This document shows positions 25,823-32,000 of a stretch of 32,000 bases of DNA, one piece after another (the stretch's first letter is position 1; every line of letters begins with the position of its first letter). The translations under genes and the position numbers were made by a program. Below the pieces are notes generated by a model. That model had not been told where the DNA came from. It did no database searches and worked only from the letters and a program-made list of their open reading frames with translations. Source of the stretch: Psychrobacter sp. DM4 (lineage in GTDB: Bacteria > Pseudomonadota > Gammaproteobacteria > Pseudomonadales > Moraxellaceae); contig NZ_CP195536.1 in assembly GCF_051307035.1 (NCBI RefSeq), forward strand, positions 2,700,001 to 2,732,000. Direction: 5' to 3'.

Positions 25823-26419
25823 TTATTTAACTTTGGCACGGTATTTAACCATCGCCGTATCATTTAGGCCCACACCTTCGATGTCCCAACGCACCGCTTT
25901 GTAGTATTTTGGCGCGACGTCTACGAGCTGATTATCAACTCTTGAGCGTAGCGGCATACGGGCAAAGGAGTTGCCATCGACGCTACCATAAGGGAACTCA
26001 GGAGCTACTACGCGTATTAACTCGACTTGCTCAGGGATACTCATCGTCACCGTCATCTTACGCACGCGATCGACATTAGTATTGGTAAAATAACCTTGAT
26101 ATTCCAAGACATTACCTGACTCTAGACGCGTATTGGCATCAACAGGTATCAGAGTCTCTTTACCGTTAGCATCCACACCGACAAGGGCTGCGGTCACTGT
26201 GCTATTCACCGCTTGTGTACTTGAGGTGCTATTAGTATTAGCACCTGTTTGCATCATCGCAGGGTTATCGACCGCTTGCTCAGGCGTTGGTAGCATCGCT
26301 GAGGCCTGCGTCACTGCCATTACACCGATGAGCGTACCTGCGACAACATGAAACAGACGATGACCGCTCCAAGCGGTAAATGGATTGGCAAGATGATTAT
26401 TTTTTTTCATAAGGTTCAT
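25823..26419 (-). CDS. Secreted protein of unknown function (possibly DUF11-like beta-sandwich)
   Basis: Signal peptide ending ...VTQASA, a Thr/Ser/Asn-rich linker, then a roughly 110-aa domain ending ...AVRWDIEGVGLNDTAMVKYRAKVK that resembles DUF11-type repeats. The family call is weak. Confidence 0.55.
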   Translation of the reverse strand: MNLMKKNNHLANPFTAWSGHRLFHVVAGTLIGVMAVTQASAMLPTPEQAVDNPAMMQTGANTNSTSSTQAVNSTVTAALVGVDANGKETLIPVDANTRLESGNVLEYQGYFTNTNVDRVRKMTVTMSIPEQVELIRVVAPEFPYGSVDGNSFARMPLRSRVDNQLVDVAPKYYKAVRWDIEGVGLNDTAMVKYRAKVK

Positions 26420-26719
26420 TATCCCTAATTAATATCTTAATAATTGATGTATCAACAAAACATCTTCAGTTATGCGTTATCACTGACAGCTATAGATTAA
26501 ATAAGTAGCCATTGCTTGAATAATAGCGCTTAGCATAGCAAAAAGTATTTATAGGTATACTAACCCCGTGTTGAGGTTGTGTATATAGTCTATCTACTAT
26601 AAATATGCTCAAGGCGCATACAAATAAAAAGATAGCTCATAACGGCGTTTTTTGCTATGGTAAATCTTTGCCGATAGACCCTTATTGTCACCCTTTTTCT
26701 TCTTTAGACTGCTCTCACT

Positions 26720-28042
26720 ATGACTACTAGCGCTATGCCACAGATTAATCCTGAATATGTCCATTGGTTTCGTAACTCTGCCCCCTATATCAATACTCAT
26801 CGCGGCAAGACTTTCGTTATTATGTTCGGCGGTGAAGCCGTTCGTCATCCTAATTTTAGTACGCTGATCCACGATTTTGCTTTGCTTCATAGCTTGGGAA
26901 TCAAACTAGTATTGGTACATGGCGCGCGCCCGCAAATCGAAAAAAACCTCAGTGAGGCAGGCGTTGCCTCCCCTTTGCATCAAGACATCAGAGTGACGCC
27001 GCGCGAAGCTATGCCCTATATACTACAAGCGGTTGGTGCTATTCGCTTGCAGATTGAGGCGCAGCTGTCTATGGGGCTTGCCAACTCGCCTATGTATGGC
27101 TCTCGTATTGATGCGGTCTCAGGTAACTTTGTTACCGCACGCCCTTATGGAGTTCGTGATGGGGTTGATTATCAAATGACGGGTGAAGTGCGCTCTATTG
27201 ATATAGAAGCGATCAAAAATAACTTACTTCATGATCACATTGTGATTTTGGGATCAATGGGGTATTCAGCCACAGGTGAAGTCTTTAACTTATTGGCTGA
27301 GGATGTTGCACTAAGTGCTGCGGTCGCCCTCGGCGCCGACAAGCTCATACTATTAGGTGCTGAGGCGGGCATCAATGATGATGATCGTCTGCTAAGTGAG
27401 ATGATCCCTAACGAGGTTGATCGCTTTTTACGAGATCGCGACTTAAATCAAGAGCTCTGCTACTTTTTGCACTGTGCCAGCAAAGCTTGCCGTCAAGGAG
27501 TGCACCGCACGCATATCATCTCTTATGCCAAAAACGGTGCTCTATTAGAGGAATTATTTACCCGAGATGGCTCAGGCACGCTTATTAGTCACGACCCTTA
27601 CGAAGAGATTCGCCGCGCGACTATCGATGATGTGATCGGACTGACTGAGCTGTTGACGCCGCTTGAGGAGCAAGGTATTTTGGTCAGCCGTTCACGTGAG
27701 CGCCTAGAGCAAGAGATTGATAACTATAGTGTGATCGAGCGCGACGGTATGATTTTGGGCTGCGCCGCTTTATACCCGCTGAGCAAAGACTCAGCAGAGG
27801 TCGCTTGTGTTGCGGTGCATTCTGAATATCGCAATGGCAGCCGCGGTGCTGATTTGCTTGCCTTTTTAGAGCAGCAAGCTCGTAGTCATGGCTTGCACAA
27901 ACTGTTCGTATTGACTACGCGTACCGCACACTGGTTTGTAGAGCAAGGCTTTAAAGAAGTTGATGCTGAGTCTTTGCCCAAAGATCGCTTAGAGCAGTAT
28001 CATAACGGTCGCAACTCAAAGGTATTTCAAAAGACCTTATAA
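26720..28042 (+). CDS. argA: Amino-acid N-acetyltransferase (N-acetylglutamate synthase)
   Basis: Collinear with E. coli ArgA: FR.S.PYINTHRGKTFVIM.GGEA, VHGARPQI, SGNF..A.P.GV.DGVDY, ISY..GALL.ELF.RDG.GT, CVAVH..YR...RG, KLFVLTTR..HWF.E.GF. Confidence 0.95.
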   Translation: MTTSAMPQINPEYVHWFRNSAPYINTHRGKTFVIMFGGEAVRHPNFSTLIHDFALLHSLGIKLVLVHGARPQIEKNLSEAGVASPLHQDIRVTPREAMPYILQAVGAIRLQIEAQLSMGLANSPMYGSRIDAVSGNFVTARPYGVRDGVDYQMTGEVRSIDIEAIKNNLLHDHIVILGSMGYSATGEVFNLLAEDVALSAAVALGADKLILLGAEAGINDDDRLLSEMIPNEVDRFLRDRDLNQELCYFLHCASKACRQGVHRTHIISYAKNGALLEELFTRDGSGTLISHDPYEEIRRATIDDVIGLTELLTPLEEQGILVSRSRERLEQEIDNYSVIERDGMILGCAALYPLSKDSAEVACVAVHSEYRNGSRGADLLAFLEQQARSHGLHKLFVLTTRTAHWFVEQGFKEVDAESLPKDRLEQYHNGRNSKVFQKTL

Positions 28043-28095
28043 CTTTAGAATTGTAACTTTAGAATTGTAACTTTAGAATTGTAACCTCGAAATTG
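28040..28095. repeat. 14-bp tandem repeat TAACTTTAGAATTG: three perfect copies plus one degenerate copy (10/14)
   Basis: Read directly. The first unit begins with the argA TAA stop codon (28040-28042). Confidence 0.9.
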
Positions 28096-28136
28096 TACTC
28101 TTAAATATATTAGCCTATCGAAGTTACGATTAATGC

Positions 28137-28169
28137 AAAAAAGCCCTTCAAATATTGAAGGGCTTTTTT
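28137..28169. terminator. Bidirectional intrinsic terminator between argA and the FKBP gene
   Basis: A6-GCCCTTCAA-ata-TTGAAGGGC-T6. Confidence 0.75.
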
Positions 28170-28227
28170 ATGCAAGTAGCAGCGTTGTCTACGAACAGCT
28201 CATTTGTCTGAGCGGTATGCTATAAGA

Positions 28228-28956
28228 CTATTTGACGTCTATTAATTCAACAACGAATATCAGTGTGCTGTTAGGCTCGATACCTGCGTTGCCCGCTTCG
28301 CCATAAGCGATATCACCTGGAATATAGAACTCGTATTTACCGCCTTCTTTCATCAGCTGTAAGCCCTCTGTCCAGCCAGCGATAACTTGGTTCAACGGGA
28401 ACTCAACTGATTCACCGCGCTCATAAGAGCTATCGAATACAGTACCATCGATGAGTTTACCTTCATAATTCACTTCGACCACGTCTGTCGCTTTAGGGGA
28501 TTGGCCCGTTCCTGCTTCTAGCACTTTATACTGCAAGCCGCTATCGGTGGTCATCACGCCTTCTTTTGCAGCGTTCGCTGTCAAAAAGGCTTCGCCTGCT
28601 GCTTTGTTTTCAACCGCTTGCGTTTGCATATCTTGGACGAATTTCTCTTCTTGCTCTTTTTGATACGTCATCAGTACTTCTTGCATTTGCTCTTGAGTCA
28701 ACGCGGACTCTTTACCGCCGTAGCCATCACGAAAGCCCATCTCAAAAGTGTCGAGGTTAAGATCTTCGACCGCTTCTTTGTTGCCTTCTGCCATCATAAA
28801 ACCTAAGCTGTAGCCGACTTTTTCAGTAGCGGTACTTTGCTCAGTGATAGCGACGCTTTGCGCGACCGCTTCTTGATTACCATTATTTGTGCTACAGCCA
28901 ACTAACAACATGGCACTAGCTAAGGCACTTATACTTAAGGTGGTGATTTTCTTCAT
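28228..28956 (-). CDS. FKBP-type peptidyl-prolyl cis-trans isomerase (Mip/FkpA-like), lipoprotein
   Basis: Lipobox LLVGCS, an N-terminal dimerisation-helix region and a C-terminal FKBP domain (GLQYKVLEAGTG...VEVNYEGKLIDGTVFDSS...VIAGWTEGLQLMKEGGK...IPGDIAYGE...IEPNSTLIFVVELI). Confidence 0.9.
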   Translation of the reverse strand: MKKITTLSISALASAMLLVGCSTNNGNQEAVAQSVAITEQSTATEKVGYSLGFMMAEGNKEAVEDLNLDTFEMGFRDGYGGKESALTQEQMQEVLMTYQKEQEEKFVQDMQTQAVENKAAGEAFLTANAAKEGVMTTDSGLQYKVLEAGTGQSPKATDVVEVNYEGKLIDGTVFDSSYERGESVEFPLNQVIAGWTEGLQLMKEGGKYEFYIPGDIAYGEAGNAGIEPNSTLIFVVELIDVK

Positions 28957-29453
28957 AGATTACTCTCAGTGTGAATGAATAATAAGGATACGTGATAGTG
29001 GCAACATCATAGCAAATCTTGGATTTGTGAACCATGCCTAGCGCAAAATTATCGATGAAATGTACAGTCTATGTAAGTATTTACCATAACTATAACAACT
29101 CATCACACAAATATGGTGGCAGGTTAAGTTTTCTGTCTTTATATTCGGCATTATATCAGCTAAGCTGATTCTGTTAAGTGGATAAGTAACGCGTGGTAAC
29201 TTTTTATTAAAACGTCAGATTCAAATAGTTAATTTTATTCTCAATTTTGAATACATTCTCTTTGATTGCTTGGTAATTTAACTACGAGTTAACGGCTTTA
29301 TTATCTAGTGTATAACACCAATTAAAATACTATTTATAATAACTGCCTGTATGAGTTCCCATTATAAAAGTGATCGTTTTGAGGCAGATGTATAAGCTTT
29401 AATATGATGACTTTTATTCTGCTACTTATATCTGAAGTTTAATGGAGGACAGG

Positions 29454-31199
29454 ATGAACCCTACGTTTACATCTTTCAATGGATATCTTGGTGGACCTAT
29501 CGGTTCTATCATCGGCGCTATTCTTATCTTTATCATTGGCTGGCTAGTCGCGTTAGGTATCGCGGCGGTTGTACGCGGTGTGCTGGCAAAAGTGAATGTC
29601 AATCAACGTATGAATACCTCAACTGGTAAGACTTACGATATAGAAGGCATTATCTCAAAAATTGTCTTTTGGTTTATCTTTATCATTGCGATATCAGCCG
29701 CTCTAAATCAGCTGAATCTAAATTCAATCTCAGCGCCATTTGCTAATATGGTGGGGCAAGTATTGTCCTTTATCCCTAACCTCATAGCTGCGATTGCCGT
29801 TGGTGTTATCGGTTGGGTTATTGCTACTGTGGTACGTACTGCTATCAATACAGGCCTATCCAAAACGTCAATGGATGAGCGGTTGAGTGCCCAAGCTGGC
29901 GTAAAACCTATGAGTAGCACTATTGCTGACATGGTGTATTGGTTCATCTTACTTATCGTTTTGACGATGGTACTAGGCCAATTAGAGCTTGATGGCTTGT
30001 TTGCTCCTTTGACGAATATGGTCGACAAGATCTTTAGCTTTATTCCTAATATCTTGATCGCAGCGGTCGTCTTTGTGGTGGGTTATATCATTGCTAAAGT
30101 CGTACGCGGTATCGTAACCAATCTTGTCTCTACTTTTGATGTACAAAAACTGGCGTCAAAAGCAGGTTTGAGCGAAGAGAACAGCCTACCTAACATCGCA
30201 GGTTCTTTAGCGTTTTTAGTTGTCATCATCCCAACGATTATCGCTGCACTTAACGCGCTAAAAGTTGAAGTGATTGCTCGTCCAGCAACAAACATGTTGA
30301 ACAAAATCATGGAAGCTTTGCCAAATATCTTTATGGCAGCAGCGATCTTGATCGTAACTTTCTATGTTATTCGCATGGTTGCTAACATCATCAAAGGGTT
30401 AATCGAAAACACGCAGATTAATCAATTGCCAGCCAAAGTCGGTCTACAAGAGACAATGGGCGACAAGCGAGTATCTGACGTTGTAGGTTATGCAATTATC
30501 TTCTTCGCTATGTTGTTCGCTGCTGTTGCCGCCGCTGACTTATTAGGCTTTGAGCCTATCTCAGCGATCATCACGATGTTCATCGCTTTTGGTGCCAACA
30601 TCATCTTGGGCGCAATCATCCTATTCATCGGTTTTTGGCTTGCCAATATCATTGCCGGTGTCGTTGAGCGCTCTGAGCAAGGATCACAGTTTTTAGCAAA
30701 TATCGTACGTGTATTGATTATGGGCTTAGTACTAGCCATGGGTCTAAAAGCGATGGGTATCGCTGACTCTATCGTCAACTTAGCATTCGGTCTAACGTTA
30801 GGCGCGGTTGCGGTTGCCTTTGCCCTCTCATTTGGTCTTGGTGGTCAAGAAGCTGCTGCTCGCTTCTTACGTAAGATGCAAGACAAAATGGACAAAGAGC
30901 GCGAACAAGCCAAAGCCAAATCAGCGCTTACGCCTAATCGTAGTACGCAAGACAAAGTAGCGGACGCGGTGCGCGAAAACACGCCAAGCGCTGCTACTGC
31001 TGATGCGACTAACACTACGGTTGCATCGACTACAGGTACTACTAATACAGCAACTTCTGCTACTGATTTTAGTACAGATACTGTTGATACTAGCAAGCTT
31101 GGGTCTGACTCTGTTGACACCACTGATGTCGAAAACAACACTCGTTCAAACTTGTTGTCTGATCAAGGTCTTAATAACCTAAACGATGACAACAAGTAA
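29454..31199 (+). CDS. 'Conserved TM helix' repeat (mechanosensitive-channel-associated type) inner-membrane protein with a disordered Thr/Ser/Asp/Asn-rich tail
   Basis: About five tandem modules of the form NM(V/L)xxxxxxxPN(L/I)xxAxxxxxxG(W/Y)xIAxxVRxxV. I prefer ATG 29454 (GGAGGA upstream) over ATG 29442. Confidence 0.8.
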   Translation: MNPTFTSFNGYLGGPIGSIIGAILIFIIGWLVALGIAAVVRGVLAKVNVNQRMNTSTGKTYDIEGIISKIVFWFIFIIAISAALNQLNLNSISAPFANMVGQVLSFIPNLIAAIAVGVIGWVIATVVRTAINTGLSKTSMDERLSAQAGVKPMSSTIADMVYWFILLIVLTMVLGQLELDGLFAPLTNMVDKIFSFIPNILIAAVVFVVGYIIAKVVRGIVTNLVSTFDVQKLASKAGLSEENSLPNIAGSLAFLVVIIPTIIAALNALKVEVIARPATNMLNKIMEALPNIFMAAAILIVTFYVIRMVANIIKGLIENTQINQLPAKVGLQETMGDKRVSDVVGYAIIFFAMLFAAVAAADLLGFEPISAIITMFIAFGANIILGAIILFIGFWLANIIAGVVERSEQGSQFLANIVRVLIMGLVLAMGLKAMGIADSIVNLAFGLTLGAVAVAFALSFGLGGQEAAARFLRKMQDKMDKEREQAKAKSALTPNRSTQDKVADAVRENTPSAATADATNTTVASTTGTTNTATSATDFSTDTVDTSKLGSDSVDTTDVENNTRSNLLSDQGLNNLNDDNK

Positions 31200-31216
31200 G
31201 ATTGACTAATTTAAAG

Positions 31217-31248
31217 TAAAAAAGACAGCCTAGGCTGTCTTTTTTTTG
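31217..31248. terminator. Bidirectional intrinsic terminator
   Basis: A6-AGACAG-CCTAGG-CTGTCT-T8. Confidence 0.75.
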
Positions 31249-31320
31249 GTGACTGTTTTGAGAACTATTTTGAGAGTAGCGTTTAGAAAACATAGACAAG
31301 TGATTGTTTACTGTCTCAAA

Positions 31321-31992
31321 CTAGGGTTTGTCCTTACGGGCTGGAATAGAGAGATTCAATTGCATACTAGGTAGCGTTTTGAGCTTATCTCTTGGGCTTA
31401 GCTGAGTATTTTCACTACCCAAAGGAGTCGGTAATTCAGGCTCAGACGCATCTTTGCTATGAGTTTGGCGTGTCGTTGAAGGCTGATTGCTCTCTTCTTG
31501 CTCAAGAATTTTTGGTTTAAGATTTTGAATCTGTTTGGTCAGTTGTCGCTCTTTTTGGGTAGTCGCATCAATAGGCTGTATCCATAGATCAATATCCATA
31601 AAAGTGTCTTCGTTTTCAGTAATAAAATCGATACCTAGTACGATGACATGATGTAGCTCTGCGAGTGGCAACCGTGTTGCCACTTCTAGTGCGATGTCTC
31701 CAAGCTTAGGTTGAATCACTGCTTTGATCTGCTGTCCGCCTTCAACTTCACCATAAAATATCAGAACATAATGTCGACCCAAATGCTCGTATGAATGCTG
31801 ATGCACGACGTAACCACTTCGTTTAAGCGCTTGGTCTTGTTTGGGATGCCTATACAAGGTACGAACCAACTCATGACGCGAAAACAACGACTCATCCAAT
31901 AATTGTTTTTGCCATTGTATAGACCTTGGTTCTAGACGATAGCCTCTTTTGTCAGTTGACGGTTTGGCATCAACCGTCATTAGCATCTGCAT
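31321..31992 (-). CDS. Hypothetical protein. The frame stays open to the window edge, so the true start may lie beyond base 32000.
   Basis: A 223-aa ORF with a well-behaved globular N-terminal part and a polar, low-complexity C-terminal third. I recognise no motif. Confidence 0.5.
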   Translation of the reverse strand: MQMLMTVDAKPSTDKRGYRLEPRSIQWQKQLLDESLFSRHELVRTLYRHPKQDQALKRSGYVVHQHSYEHLGRHYVLIFYGEVEGGQQIKAVIQPKLGDIALEVATRLPLAELHHVIVLGIDFITENEDTFMDIDLWIQPIDATTQKERQLTKQIQNLKPKILEQEESNQPSTTRQTHSKDASEPELPTPLGSENTQLSPRDKLKTLPSMQLNLSIPARKDKP

Positions 31993-32000
31993 GATGAGCT

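Noticed and set aside
26515-26529. An ARG-box-like half-site (CTTGAATAATAGCGC) lies upstream of argA.
   Set aside because: Only the TGAATAA half matches the ArgR consensus and the second half (ATTCA) is missing. This is not enough for a call.
26609-26890. A 93-aa minus-strand ORF overlaps the argA start.
   Set aside because: It is antisense to the unambiguous argA 5' end and has low-complexity content.
1-32000. I looked for CRISPR arrays, IS or transposase ends, integrases, rRNA and tRNA genes, and prophage modules.
   Set aside because: No regularly spaced direct repeats, terminal inverted repeats, recombinase motifs or complete cloverleaf-compatible tRNA sequences were seen on either strand.

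Overview
The window reads as a chromosomal segment of a gamma-proteobacterium. Gene content and protein signatures look Moraxellaceae/Psychrobacter-like, but that is inference, since no search was possible. I found no rRNA, tRNA, CRISPR array, IS element or integrase.

Backbone genes, left to right:
- truC, 3' part only
- a minus-strand four-gene cluster: DUF1852 (MesX-type), a MetE-C-terminal-only methionine synthase (MesD-type), a flavin reductase and a TSUP exporter
- a TspO-like membrane protein
- nitroreductase, then pirin divergent from a LysR regulator
- a DMT/EamA transporter
- two YceI paralogues placed tail to tail
- an MFP-RND efflux operon with no outer-membrane factor gene
- an OmpW-family gene interrupted by one in-frame TAG
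- recG, a patatin-like lipoprotein, a secreted beta-sandwich-like protein, argA, an FKBP-type PPIase lipoprotein, a five-module 'conserved TM helix' membrane protein and one uncharacterised ORF

Two stretches are AT-rich by eye and look accessory:
- 409-1738 holds an acidic ORFan, a 38-40 aa hydrophobic peptide ORF and a tRNA-3'-end-like scar.
- 6412-9460 is the best candidate for something undescribed. It holds a gamma-class N6-adenine methyltransferase whose motifs are divided between two separately translated genes. The break falls exactly in front of the NPPY motif. A frameshifted small ORF pair follows, and no intact nuclease is present.

Other points of interest are a MetR-type box upstream of the mesX/mesD cluster, a 14-bp tandem repeat starting in the argA stop codon, and several unexplained dyads and spacers. 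All family calls rest on motifs recognised by eye and on memory of reference sequences. No database search or computation was run.
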